Below are positions 9,901 through 18,689 of a stretch of DNA of 64,000 nt, piece by piece. The DNA comes from Planctomycetota bacterium (lineage in GTDB: Bacteria; Planctomycetota; J058). The translations under genes were made by a program, and so were the position numbers. Where the stretch lies: positions 552 to 64,551 of the forward strand of contig RFHU01000278.1 in assembly GCA_003695705.1 (NCBI GenBank), given 5' to 3'. A model generated the notes under the pieces. That model was not told the origin of the DNA. It saw nothing but the letters and a program-made list of their open reading frames with translations, and made no database searches. Within the stretch, counting starts at the first letter, position 1, and every line of letters starts with the position of its first letter.

Positions 9901-10282
9901 TGACCGCGCGGGCGTTGCAGCGCTCGCACAGGTAGGTGTTGCGGCGGATTTCGTCCTGCGCCTCGGGCACCCGGCTCGCCGCGAGGGCCTTGCGCTTCAC
10001 CAGCAGGCGCAGGAAGGGAATGCGCGGCTCCCCGGCGCGGGCCCGCGCCTTCTGCACCTTGAGCGCAGCCACGGCGGCCTCCTTGTCCAGGAAGCCGCGC
10101 TTGACCAGGAGGCGGGCGATCTCGATGTCCGGATGCCGGCGGGGGGACCGCCGCCGGGCCTTGCGCCCTCGCCCCCGCGATCCCGGCTCGGCGAGGGTCT
10201 CCGCCTCGGCGCGCTTGCGTCGGCTTCCGCGGCGCGAGCGTCGGGGCCGTTCGCGATCGCCTTCGCCGGGGGGGCCGCTCAT
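6917..10282 (-). CDS. Ser/Thr protein kinase with N-terminal T2SSE_N-like helices and zinc ribbon, one TM helix and a long TPR-like C-terminal region
   Basis: Hanks kinase motifs are present: GRGAMGVVYEA, ALKVL, HRDLKPANVLL, DFGLA, APE. Zinc ribbon CERC...CPRCGC. The ATG at 10282 overlaps the upstream stop (ATGA). The 3' end overlaps the convergent gene by 32 nt. Confidence 0.9.
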   Translation of the reverse strand: MSGPPGEGDRERPRRSRRGSRRKRAEAETLAEPGSRGRGRKARRRSPRRHPDIEIARLLVKRGFLDKEAAVAALKVQKARARAGEPRIPFLRLLVKRKALAASRVPEAQDEIRRNTYLCERCNARAVILAGSQSRAGTCPRCGCEISVAPPTDPAAVPVRDFTTTGEATDPMSRSGPPDWRPLGSRYRPGLPLGEVSFRRYRILSELGRGAMGVVYEAEHLELGKTVALKVLFPDEDAQEDQVARFRREAAAVQRLRHEHIVPVHDFGTDGEVYYLTMDLVPGRESLHTRLKDEEDPPSLRWRLETLVQVARAAHHAHSHGVVHRDLKPANVLLHPERGAMVADFGLAKDEEAEAAELTRTHDRLGTPLFMAPEQIRRGAGTVDQRADVWALGVMLFAAVTGRYPFRSRTVMDLYVRILREPPDWAGDKYSAPDRPGIPEPTRSAGSNAPPSAESSTGALPLPAQRGTRAAPPFAPPPELAGRGVPADLRAIVSCALAKDPDDRYPTAAAFADDLEAYLAGRPVRGGGPGLLKRLREHMGRRRVLRPLALALALLLVATALVGGLAYRHREAELALERDVESAWAQAVGGGRKGYAEAEARLTALLADRPDHARALWRRGLARLWLLREGEAEADLARAAELAAGDEDLAVRVAAARARAALHTGHFADAARRAASALARGGRLSFGARAELGELLALAALQANDEGLRAQAEAACTELARSPRSGPRLLALWGRLALARGDVAAARRRLERARTGQNERAQRSQPGALEVLLFEAALLHAEGERASGLLRLERRLYPSAASADVKYLDEISQAEYRARSWKRNVHVNRIVSRLSPWCARVHYYLGNALLGGLGDVEAAREAFVAAWERNPYDDAYRDFALALLTAPPAAAAPLERAVGLLRRDAERFRPESPHPLVRLAYSLARQGQAARAWRALDAADERLRANGGRIRGYRSALARAALVRVASDAERGPLRALETWRGEGAAEIERRYYAPSNRVRVVDAIEAARLYLERGHAARALGILEGVRDLPLRRGLGRIADVLAGERTALAARALAALGRSDEASAALRSACARRNRPPSAAPSLLARFPELVPLRSRPELRALFAPPDGALRARERSETR

Positions 10283-11517
10283 CGCGATCCGCCGGGGCGT
10301 CGCGGCCCAGCCGCTTCGTCGCGGCGTTCGCGACACCAGGCCAGCCAGGCCTCGCGCTCATCGGGGCGTTCGGCGCCGGTCAGCGCACGCAGGGTGCGGC
10401 CGAAGGCGTGGTTGACGAAGGCGTCGCGGTGCCCTCGCGGGCGCATGCGCTGGGCGATCTCCTCCGCCCGCTCCACGTCGCCGAGGAGTTCGAAGTAGGC
10501 GAGGCCGGCGCGGATGGCTTCGAAGTCCTCTCCCTCGAGCGCGCGGAGGGCCAGCGGGACCCCGGCGGTCGCCCGCAGGCGGCCGAGCGCCTTCATGCAT
10601 GCCAAGAAGGGGGAGTCGACGAAGTTGCGTCGCGGGTCGTCTGCGGCGCCGTAACGCACCGGCCGGGGGTCGAGGCGGGGTGCGAGGCGTGCCAGCTCGC
10701 GGCCGAGGGCGGCCGCAGCGCGGGCCGGCGGGTCGTCGCCCAAGGCGTGCAAGGCCTCGGCGATGGCCACACTGGCCACGGCGCGGCGGCCGCTCTGCGC
10801 GGCCGCGCCGACGAGGAGGCGTGCGGCGCGGCCCCCCCCGCAGCGGCCGAGGACCCGCGCGGCGGCCATCAGCACCCGCTCTTGCTCGGGGCCGCGACGG
10901 CTCGGGTCGCGGAGGACGCGCCCCGCCACCGCCGCGTCGGAGGGCTCGCCGACCTCGGCCAAGACGCAGAGGGAGAGGTAGACCTGCTCGTTCGTGGCGT
11001 CGCTCGCGCCGAGGACCTCGCGGCACCAGCGGAGGAGCCCGGTGTCCGCGCGGCCCGTGGCGCAGGCCCGGAGGATGGCCTCGGCGCGCGCCGCTTCCAC
11101 GGCGAGGCGCACGAAGGTGTCGGGGCCGCCGAAGCTGAGGACCGCGTGCCCGTCGCGACGGACGAAGCGTCCAAAGGTCGGGGTCGGCAGGCGGAACCCC
11201 TCGCCCCGCGGCTCTCCCCAGAGGAGCAGGTAGGCGCGGTCGCCTACGGAGACCGGCGGGCGCGCGCGCAGGCGCGGATGGTGGAGGCCCGTCACCGCCA
11301 GGAGGTCGCCGTCGCGAGAAGGTCCGTGGAGGGTGCGCTCGACCCGATAGGCGACGCCGTTCTCGGCGACCCGCTCCGCCCGCGCGAGGACGACCAGACC
11401 GGCGGCGCGCGCCGCCTCGCCCAAGGTGGGGTCGTCCCACCAGATCTGGGATGGCTGCGCCTCCGCGACGCAGCACGCAGCGAGGACGCAGAGCGCCGCG
11501 CGCAGGACGCAGGTCAC
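10279..11517 (-). CDS. Secreted hypothetical protein with HEAT/ARM-like helical repeats
   Basis: GTG at 11517 overlaps the upstream stop (GTGA). Signal-like [21 protein letters not shown]. Protein-like composition; the rest of the 881-aa ORF upstream is Arg/Gly junk. Confidence 0.7.
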   Translation of the reverse strand: MTCVLRAALCVLAACCVAEAQPSQIWWDDPTLGEAARAAGLVVLARAERVAENGVAYRVERTLHGPSRDGDLLAVTGLHHPRLRARPPVSVGDRAYLLLWGEPRGEGFRLPTPTFGRFVRRDGHAVLSFGGPDTFVRLAVEAARAEAILRACATGRADTGLLRWCREVLGASDATNEQVYLSLCVLAEVGEPSDAAVAGRVLRDPSRRGPEQERVLMAAARVLGRCGGGRAARLLVGAAAQSGRRAVASVAIAEALHALGDDPPARAAAALGRELARLAPRLDPRPVRYGAADDPRRNFVDSPFLACMKALGRLRATAGVPLALRALEGEDFEAIRAGLAYFELLGDVERAEEIAQRMRPRGHRDAFVNHAFGRTLRALTGAERPDEREAWLAWCRERRDEAAGPRRPGGSR

Positions 11518-12833
11518 CGCGCCTCCAAGAATTCGAGCCAGCCGGGCTCGAGGCCCGCCGCCCGCACCGGGGTGATCTCCGCGGCCAGGGCGCCCGGCGC
11601 GCGCAGTTCCTTCCGCAGCAGCCGCCACAACTCCCTCGCCCCGGGCGAGGAAGCGAACAGTGCGTAGTGGGCCAGAGCCCAGGCGCCCGCGCGTGCGGGG
11701 TCCTCCTCGCCGCCGACCGTCCGCAGCAGGACGGTCCCGGTCCCGTCGGGCGGCGTGCGGTGGAACAACCGCCGGCGGGCCGCACCCAGGGCGTTGCAGC
11801 GCGGTCGCCTCGAGGCGTCCGCTTCGGCTCCGGCCAGGGCGTCGGCGAGCGCGTAGACCCATTGGCGCACGGCGGAAGGACCCGCGGCAGCGCGCACGAG
11901 GCGCCGAGCCAGGGCGAGCCGCAGGCGGAGGTCGAGCTCCCGCGGTGGCTCTCCGGAACGCCGGTAGAGGAACAGTTCCTCGGGCGCGGGACGCGCCGGC
12001 GCGTCGTCTGCTTCGAGGAGGCGCACCACGACGTGCCCTGCGCTCGCGTCCAAGAACTCCTCGGCGAGCTCCGCCAGGCGGTCGAGGCCGTTCAGCAGGG
12101 TCGAAGCGCGCTCGCGCGCCAAAGTGCAGTCGATGCTGCAGCGAACGCCGTCGAGGCGGATCCGGTCGGGGGAGAAGCCGCGGATGGCCAGTCCCTCCTC
12201 CACGGCCTCCGGGGCGTGCCGCTCGGCTCGGACCCCCTCGTCCGCAAGGGCTTCTCGCAGGTCCGGCGGAAGGAGGGCGAGCAAGGCCCGTGCGGCGGGA
12301 ACGTTGCCCGCGTCGGCCGCGAGGCGCAGGTCCAGGCGCAGGCACAAGGCTCGGTCCGCGGTCTCCGCCGCCGCTTCCACCCGCGCCCTCAGCTCCGCCC
12401 AGCGGCGCTCCGCCCGCACCCAAGGCGGAGCGTCGCGCAAAGCGTCCAGGGCTGCTTCCGCTTCGCCGCGGTCCAGGGCCGCCTCGGCGCGCCGTTCGAC
12501 CTCGGAGAGGAGGACCGCGGCCTGATCCTCCTTGGCCATGGCCTCCTCGCCGGCTTCCTGCGCGGGTCGCTCGGGCCGAGGCCCTGCGGTCGAGCGCGGG
12601 GCGGGCGGCCGCGCAGGCGGCGGAGCGCGTTCGGGCGCCGTCGCGGTGTGCTTCGAGCGCCCCGCCGCGTCCTCGCCCGGCGCCGCGGCCGGCGTTGGGG
12701 ACACGGGCGACGAGGCGGCGCCCTCGGCCAGCCGGCCGTCCGCCCAGTAGAGGCCGCCCACGAGCGCGAGGAGAACCACGTCCCAGAGGACGAGTTCCAC
12801 CAGCCCGGCCTTGGCGACGCCCCGCGCACGCAT
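11514..12833 (-). CDS. Hypothetical membrane-anchored protein (N-terminal TM helix, Pro-rich linker, helical domain)
   Basis: ATG at 12833. TM segment [20 protein letters not shown]. Balanced composition over 439 aa. First gene of a three-gene coupled operon that ends in the kinase. Confidence 0.7.
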   Translation of the reverse strand: MRARGVAKAGLVELVLWDVVLLALVGGLYWADGRLAEGAASSPVSPTPAAAPGEDAAGRSKHTATAPERAPPPARPPAPRSTAGPRPERPAQEAGEEAMAKEDQAAVLLSEVERRAEAALDRGEAEAALDALRDAPPWVRAERRWAELRARVEAAAETADRALCLRLDLRLAADAGNVPAARALLALLPPDLREALADEGVRAERHAPEAVEEGLAIRGFSPDRIRLDGVRCSIDCTLARERASTLLNGLDRLAELAEEFLDASAGHVVVRLLEADDAPARPAPEELFLYRRSGEPPRELDLRLRLALARRLVRAAAGPSAVRQWVYALADALAGAEADASRRPRCNALGAARRRLFHRTPPDGTGTVLLRTVGGEEDPARAGAWALAHYALFASSPGARELWRLLRKELRAPGALAAEITPVRAAGLEPGWLEFLEAR

Positions 12834-12984
12834 GAGCGTTCATTGTCGACGCGCCCGCGCGAGGTGTCCAGCCGCGCTCCCCGGGCCTGCTTCCCCCGCC
12901 CGCAGGACCGCCAGCGGACGCCACCCTGCCTCGTCGGGACGCAGCGGGCGGCTGCTAGGATCGTCGCCCCCAGAGGAGGGACCC

Positions 12985-13557
12985 ATGTCCGACCGCCTCG
13001 AAGCCCACGTCCGCGATCTCCTCGAAGAGCTCGGCGAAGACTCCGCCCGCGACGGGCTCCTGCGGACGCCGCACCGTGTGGCCCAGAGCCTCCGTTTCCT
13101 GACCTCCGGCTACGGGGCCTCCCTCGAGGAGGTCCTCAACGATGCGATCTTCGACGTGCCCGGCAGCGACGAAATGGTCGTGGTCCGCGACATCGAGATC
13201 TACTCCCTCTGCGAGCACCATCTGCTCCCCTTCTTCGGCAAGGCCCACGTGGCCTACATCCCATCGGGGAAGGTGGTCGGGCTCTCCAAGATCCCCCGCA
13301 TCGTGGACGTCTTCGCCCGCCGCCTGCAGGTCCAAGAGCGTCTCACCATTCAAGTCGCCCAGGCGCTGCAAGAGGCCCTCCAGCCGCTGGGCGTCGGAAT
13401 CGTCATCGAGGCCCGGCACCTTTGCATGATGATGCGCGGCGTGGAGAAGCAGAACTCGTCGGCCACCACCTCGTGCATGCTGGGTCAGTTCAAGAAGGAC
13501 GCCAAGACCCGTGCCGAGTTCCTCAACCTGACCGGGCGCCACCCCGTGGCTCTCTGA
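12985..13557 (+). CDS. folE: GTP cyclohydrolase I
   Basis: ATG at 12985 preceded by GAGGAGGG. Conserved motifs: [74 protein letters not shown]. Confidence 0.95.
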   Translation: MSDRLEAHVRDLLEELGEDSARDGLLRTPHRVAQSLRFLTSGYGASLEEVLNDAIFDVPGSDEMVVVRDIEIYSLCEHHLLPFFGKAHVAYIPSGKVVGLSKIPRIVDVFARRLQVQERLTIQVAQALQEALQPLGVGIVIEARHLCMMMRGVEKQNSSATTSCMLGQFKKDAKTRAEFLNLTGRHPVAL

Positions 13558-13709
13558 TCGCCTCGGCGCGCTGCGCCCCGGGGGGAAAGCGGCGCCGCCC
13601 GTCCTTTTCCGCGCAGGACCCGCGACCGGAGCGCGCGCTGCCCTCCGCCCTCCGCCGCGGTTGCTGGCGCCTCGCCAGCCGCTAAGATCGTGACCGCGAA
13701 GGAGCCCGC

Positions 13710-14813
13710 ATGAGCACCGCGGTCGAATCCCACGACCTCCTCTCCATTCTGGCCCCGGACGGAACGGTCGACGCGACCCTCGACCCTCGTCTCGGCGACG
13801 AACTGCTGCTCCGCATGTACCGCGCCATGGTCACCGTGCGGATCCTGGACGAGCGCCTCCTGAACTTGCAGCGGCAGGGGAGGATCTACTTCTATCTGGT
13901 CAGCAAGGGCCAGGAAGCCTGCAGCGTGGGCTCCGCCGCCGCCCTCACCCCCGAGGACTGGGTCGTCCCCGCCTACCGGCAGCCCGGTGCGTTCCTCTTC
14001 CGCGGCGTGGCCATCAAGGACATGGTCGCCCAGTGCTACGGCAACGCCTGGGACAACACCAAGGGCCGCCAAATGCCCGTCCACTACTCCTTCCGGGCCC
14101 AGAACATGGTCTCCATTTCCAGCCCCATCGGGACCCAGCTCATCCAGGCGGCGGGGGTGGCAATGGCCATGCGCCGCCGCGGGGACGCCCGCGTGGCCCT
14201 GACCTTCATCGGCGACGGCGGGACCTCGTCGAACGACTTCCACTCGGGCCTCAACTTCGCGGCGGTGGACAAGGCCCCCGTCATCTTCATCTGCGAGAAC
14301 AACGGGTGGGCCATCAGTTGCCCCACCCGCAAGCAGACCGGCTCCGAGACCTTCGCTCAGAAGGCGATCGCCTACGGCATGCCCGGCGTGCGGGTCGATG
14401 GCAACGATGTCCTGGCGGTCTACAAGGCCACCCGGGACGCGCGGGAGCGCGCCCTGGCGGGCGAAGGCCCCACACTCCTCGAGCTCGTTACCTACCGCAT
14501 GGGCGGGCACAGCTCCTCCGACGACCCGTCCCGCTACGTGCCCAGCGAGGAACTCGAGGCCTGGGAGCGCAAGTGCCCCATTGCGCGCTTCAAGCTCTAC
14601 CTCGAGGCCAAGGGGATCTGGGACGAGGCGAAGGACGAGGCGCTGCGCGAGGAGGCGCGGGCCGAGGTCAACCAGGCCGTTCGCGACAACGAGCGCGTCC
14701 CGCGGCCCGAGCTCGAGACCCTGTTCACCGACGTCTACGCCGAGATGCCCGAGACGCTCCGCCGGGACTTGGAGCGCGAGCGCGAGGCACGCGGCGAGGG
14801 CAAGTTCCCCTGA
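13710..14813 (+). CDS. 2-oxoacid dehydrogenase E1 component, alpha subunit (TPP-binding), copy 1
   Basis: FIGDGGTSSNDFHSGLNFAAVDKAPVIFICENNGWAIS TPP motif, YGMPGVRVDGNDVLAVY, YRMGGHSSSDDPSRY. Confidence 0.9.
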   Translation: MSTAVESHDLLSILAPDGTVDATLDPRLGDELLLRMYRAMVTVRILDERLLNLQRQGRIYFYLVSKGQEACSVGSAAALTPEDWVVPAYRQPGAFLFRGVAIKDMVAQCYGNAWDNTKGRQMPVHYSFRAQNMVSISSPIGTQLIQAAGVAMAMRRRGDARVALTFIGDGGTSSNDFHSGLNFAAVDKAPVIFICENNGWAISCPTRKQTGSETFAQKAIAYGMPGVRVDGNDVLAVYKATRDARERALAGEGPTLLELVTYRMGGHSSSDDPSRYVPSEELEAWERKCPIARFKLYLEAKGIWDEAKDEALREEARAEVNQAVRDNERVPRPELETLFTDVYAEMPETLRRDLEREREARGEGKFP

Positions 14814-14824
14814 GGGAGTCGTTC

Positions 14825-16177
14825 ATGGAGTTCCTCCTCCCCGACATCGGCGAAGGCGTCGCCGAGGGCGAGATCGTCAAGTGGCACGTTGCTCCCGGCC
14901 AGGAGGTCGTCGAAGAGCAAGACTTCGTCGAGGTCATGACCGACAAGGCGACGGTCATGATCCCCTGTCCGGTGACCGGCGTGGTGGGCGAGCTCCTCGC
15001 CCAGGAGGGCGACGTCGTGCCCGTGCATACGCCCATCGCCACCTTCGCCGAGGTCCGCGAAGGCAAGCTGGCCGGCGCGCACGGCTCCGCGGCGGCCCAG
15101 GGCGCGCAGCGGGCAGCCCAGGGTTCCGCTTCCGCCTCCTCGGGGGGAGCTTCGCCCTCCGCCGGCACCGCGCTTCTCGAGCGGCCGCAGGAGCGCGTCC
15201 GCGCGACTCCCGCCACCCGCAAGGCCGCGCGCGAGCGGGGCCTCGACATCCGGCGCATTCAGGGCACCGGCCCGCACGGCCGGGTCACTCGCGAGGACGT
15301 GGAGCGCGCGGCGCGCTCTGCCTCCGGCGGCAACGGGCGCGCCGCCTCGGCGCCGCGCGCTCCAGCCCGGGCCGACGCTCCGGCGCCGCGCGCTCCGGCT
15401 CCGGTCGCCGCTCCGCGCTCCGCGCCGGCGCCTCTGCCCGCGCCGACGCCCCTGCCTGCGCCGGGTGCGGACGAGCCCGAGGAGCGCGTCCCCCTGCGCG
15501 GCGTTCGTCGCAAGATCGCCGAGTTCCTTCAGCTCTCGAAGCGCACCGCGGCCCACTACACCTACGTCGAGGAAGTCGACGTCACCGAGTTGGTGGCGCT
15601 GCGGGCGCGCATGAAGCCCCTCGCCGCGGAGCGAGGCGCCAAGCTCACGTACCTGGCCTTCATCGTCAAGGCCGTTTGCCACGGGCTCAAGCAGCACCCC
15701 GAGCTCAACGCTTCCCTCGACGAGGCCAGCTCCGAGCTGGTCTTCAAGCGCTACTACCACATCGGCATCGCCGCCGACACCGAGCAAGGGCTCACCGTCC
15801 CGGTGCTCCGGCACGCGGACCGGCGCAGCCTCCTCGACATTGCGCGCGAGATCGCTCGCCTCGCCGAGGGGACCCGCTCGGGCACCCTCCGCCCCGAGGA
15901 GCTCAGCGGGAGCACCTTCACCATCACGAGCGCCGGCCACATCGGCGGGCTGCTCGCGACGCCCATTCTCAACTACCCCGAGGTGGGCATCCTCGGGGTG
16001 CACAAGATCAAGAAGCGGCCCGTGGTCGTCGACGACCAGATCGCGATCCGCGACATCATGTATCTCTCTCTTTCCCTCGATCACCGGGTGGTCGACGGAG
16101 CCAACGCGGCGCGGTTCATGAACACCGTGGTGCAGTACCTCGAGGACCCGCAACTCCTGCTCCTCGAAGGCATTTGA
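14825..16177 (+). CDS. Dihydrolipoamide acyltransferase E2 component (lipoyl domain, subunit-binding domain, catalytic domain)
   Basis: Lipoyl site EVMTDKATVMIPCP. PSBD segment ATPATRKAARERGLDIRRIQGTGPHGRVTREDV. Catalytic motif LSLSLDHRVVDGA. ATG at 14825, 11 nt after the E1-alpha stop. Confidence 0.92.
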   Translation: MEFLLPDIGEGVAEGEIVKWHVAPGQEVVEEQDFVEVMTDKATVMIPCPVTGVVGELLAQEGDVVPVHTPIATFAEVREGKLAGAHGSAAAQGAQRAAQGSASASSGGASPSAGTALLERPQERVRATPATRKAARERGLDIRRIQGTGPHGRVTREDVERAARSASGGNGRAASAPRAPARADAPAPRAPAPVAAPRSAPAPLPAPTPLPAPGADEPEERVPLRGVRRKIAEFLQLSKRTAAHYTYVEEVDVTELVALRARMKPLAAERGAKLTYLAFIVKAVCHGLKQHPELNASLDEASSELVFKRYYHIGIAADTEQGLTVPVLRHADRRSLLDIAREIARLAEGTRSGTLRPEELSGSTFTITSAGHIGGLLATPILNYPEVGILGVHKIKKRPVVVDDQIAIRDIMYLSLSLDHRVVDGANAARFMNTVVQYLEDPQLLLLEGI

Positions 16178-16180
16178 TCC

Positions 16181-17314
16181 GTGGGTCCCGCCGCCACCGA
16201 GTCCGCGCCCGACACCGGGCTCATTGCCGTCCTCGACGAGGAGGGCCGCCCCCTTCCCGGCGCTGAGCTTCCGGAGCTCGCCGACGAGCGACTGATCGAG
16301 CTCTACGGAACGATGTGCCTCCTGCGCGCCATCGATCGCCGACTCGAGGGCCTGCAGCGCATGGGGCGGATCGGCTTCTTTGGCTCCGCGCGCGGCCAAG
16401 AGGCCGCGGTCATCGGAAGCGGCGCGGCCTTCGAAGCCCGCGACTGGATCTTCCCGGCCCTGCGCGAGAACGGGGTCATGCTTCTGCGCGGCTTCTCCCT
16501 CTCCAAGTACTTCGCGCACATGTTCGGCAATCGGCAAGACGTGCTGCGGGGCCGCATGCAGCCGATGCACTTCGCTGCCCGCGAGGTCAACCAAGTTTCC
16601 TGGTCCTCGACCATCGCCTCGCAGCTTCCGCACGCCGTCGGCTGCGCTTGGGCAATGAAGCACCGGGGCGACTCCGCAGTGGCCGCCGGCTACGTCGGGG
16701 ATGGCGGGACCAGCGAGCCGGACTTCCACGCCGCCATGAATTTCGCCGGTGCCTGGAAGGTCCCCGTGGTCCTCATCTGTCAGAACAACCAATGGGCGAT
16801 CTCGGTCCCCTCCTCGCGCCAGACCGCCAGCCAGACCTTCGCCATCAAGGCCCGCGCCTACGGAATGCCGGGCGTCCGCGTCGACGGCAACGACTTGCTC
16901 GCGGTCTACCGAGAGACCCGGCGCGCGGTCGAGCGCGCCCGCGCCGGCAGTGGCCCCACCTTCCTCGAACTGGTCACCTTTCGCGCGGGCGGACACAGTT
17001 CGGCCGACGACCCCACGCGCTACCGGGATCCGCGCGAGGAAGAGCGCTGGCAGCGCCGCGACCCCATCGCCCGCGTGCGCGCCCACCTGGAAGGTCGCGG
17101 CCTCTGGGACGCGGCTCGCCAGGAGGCCCTCGACGAGGAGCAGCGCGCCGCCCTCAACCAGGCAGTGCGCGAGGCCGAGGGCGCACCGCCCCCGCCTCCC
17201 CTCGACGTGGTCGAGGACGTCTACGCGGTCCCTCCCCCCGCGCTCCTCGCCCAGCGACGTTCTCTCGCCGAAGAGCTTCGCGCCCGCGAGCTTGGCGAGT
17301 CCTCGGCCCGTTGA
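16181..17314 (+). CDS. 2-oxoacid dehydrogenase E1 component, alpha subunit (TPP-binding), copy 2
   Basis: YVGDGGTSEPDFHAAMNFAGAWKVPVVLICQNNQWAIS, YGMPGVRVDGNDLLAVY, FRAGGHSSADDPTRY. GTG at 16181, 3 nt after the E2 stop. Clearly alpha-type, not beta. Confidence 0.9.
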   Translation: MGPAATESAPDTGLIAVLDEEGRPLPGAELPELADERLIELYGTMCLLRAIDRRLEGLQRMGRIGFFGSARGQEAAVIGSGAAFEARDWIFPALRENGVMLLRGFSLSKYFAHMFGNRQDVLRGRMQPMHFAAREVNQVSWSSTIASQLPHAVGCAWAMKHRGDSAVAAGYVGDGGTSEPDFHAAMNFAGAWKVPVVLICQNNQWAISVPSSRQTASQTFAIKARAYGMPGVRVDGNDLLAVYRETRRAVERARAGSGPTFLELVTFRAGGHSSADDPTRYRDPREEERWQRRDPIARVRAHLEGRGLWDAARQEALDEEQRAALNQAVREAEGAPPPPPLDVVEDVYAVPPPALLAQRRSLAEELRARELGESSAR

Positions 17315-18051
17315 GCGCTCGGCCGCGGGCGGACGCCGCCGGGGTCCCCTCCCGCGCTGCCGGCCCCGCGCCGGGAACGGAGCTGCGGGGGGTCGACCTC
17401 GGCCGCATTCCCTACGCCGAGGCCTGGGAGTTGCAACAGCGGTTGGCTCGGGTCCGCGCCGCGGGGGCTTCCCCGGACCTCGTCCTCTACTGCGAGCACG
17501 ACGAAGTCGTCACCGTCGGCCGCCGTGCCCAGTCGGGCGGCCGCGACCCCGAGGCCGAGACCGTTGCCGTCCGAGCGGCGGGCATCCCCGTGGTGCGGGT
17601 GGAGCGGGGCGGCGCCGCCACCTACCACGGACCCGGCCAGCTCGTGGGCTACCCCATCGTCGGGCTCGGTCCCGCCGAGCGTGACCTCCACGCCTTCCTC
17701 CGCCGGCTCGAAGGCGCCCTCGTGGAGACCATCGAAGAGCTTACCCCCCTGTCCCCCGGGCGGGCCGAGGGCCTCACCGGCGTGTGGGTGGGGGCGCGCA
17801 AGGTCGCGTCCATTGGCATCGCCTGCCGTCGCTGGGTGACCTACCACGGCTTTGCCCTGAACCTCGATCCCGACCTGTCCCGCTTCCGTCTCTTCCGCCC
17901 CTGCGACCTCGAGGCAAACGCGATGGCCAGCCTGGCGAGCCTCGGCGCCCCCGTCCCGCGCGCAGTCGTCCTCCCCGTCCTCCACGACGCCCTCGCCCGC
18001 CGCCTCGGGCGGAGGCCCGCCTGGGGCCCGCTGCCCTCGGCGGATCCCTGA
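17311..18051 (+). CDS. lipB: Octanoyltransferase (lipoyl(octanoyl) transferase)
   Basis: LGRIPYAEAWELQ, ERGGAATYHGPGQLVGYPI, KVASIGIACRRWVTYHGFALNL. The proposed start is the TTG at 17311, which overlaps the E1-alpha stop (TTGA). The exact start is uncertain within roughly 17311-17380. Confidence 0.85.
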   Translation: MSARPRADAAGVPSRAAGPAPGTELRGVDLGRIPYAEAWELQQRLARVRAAGASPDLVLYCEHDEVVTVGRRAQSGGRDPEAETVAVRAAGIPVVRVERGGAATYHGPGQLVGYPIVGLGPAERDLHAFLRRLEGALVETIEELTPLSPGRAEGLTGVWVGARKVASIGIACRRWVTYHGFALNLDPDLSRFRLFRPCDLEANAMASLASLGAPVPRAVVLPVLHDALARRLGRRPAWGPLPSADP

Positions 18052-18123
18052 CTTGGGCTCCTCCGCCGAGCCTGCGGCGGGGAAGCGCTCGGCACGAGCC
18101 GGCGGCGGGTTGCTCCAAGCCGC

Positions 18124-18152
18124 TGTAACGCTCGGCCCCACGACGCCGTAAG
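18124..18152 (+). promoter_or_regulatory. Putative ECF-type promoter (TGTAAC-N17-CGTA) upstream of the ECF sigma gene
   Basis: TGTAAC at 18124-18129 and CGTA at 18147-18150 resemble the AAC/CGT architecture of ECF promoters. The -10 element ends about 10 nt before the ATG at 18162, which implies a very short leader. Confidence 0.3.
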
Positions 18153-18161
18153 TAGGGTGCA

Positions 18162-18689
18162 ATGGGAGCGGTGAGCTTGGTCCCGACGAGCGAGGAGCTC
18201 GCCCGGCGCGCCGCGCGGGGCGACGCGAAGGCCTTCGACGAGCTCGTCGAGCGCCACACCCCGGCCCTCTACGCGCTCTGCCGTCGCATGCTCGGCGACG
18301 CCACCGAGGCCGAAGACCGCGTGCAAGAGGCCTTTTTGCGGGCCTTCCGCAACTTGCAGCGCTTCGACCCCTCCCGCCCCTTTCTCCCCTGGCTGACGCG
18401 CATCGCCCACAACGCGTGCGTCGACAGCCTTCGCGCGAGGCGCTCCTGGCACCCCTGGCCCGAGCAAGGCGTTGCCGCGCCCTCCGAGCCCCTCCGCCTC
18501 GACGCTGCGGACGCCCTCGCCCCCGCCCTCGAGACCCTTTCCGCGCGCCAGCGGGCGGTGCTGCACTGCAAGTACGTGCTGGGGATGACCGCGCCCGACA
18601 TCGCCCGCCAGCTCGACACCACACCCGGCAACGTGCGCGTCTGCCTGCATCGCGCCATCGCCGCCCTTCGCAGGAGGCTGTCGCCATGA
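18162..18689 (+). CDS. ECF-family RNA polymerase sigma factor
   Basis: Region 2 (FDELVERHTPALYALCRRMLGDATEAEDRVQEAFLRAF, PFLPWLTRIAHNACVD) and region 4 (LSARQRAVLHCKYVLGMTAPDIARQLDTTPGNVRVCLHRA). Confidence 0.92.
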   Translation: MGAVSLVPTSEELARRAARGDAKAFDELVERHTPALYALCRRMLGDATEAEDRVQEAFLRAFRNLQRFDPSRPFLPWLTRIAHNACVDSLRARRSWHPWPEQGVAAPSEPLRLDAADALAPALETLSARQRAVLHCKYVLGMTAPDIARQLDTTPGNVRVCLHRAIAALRRRLSP

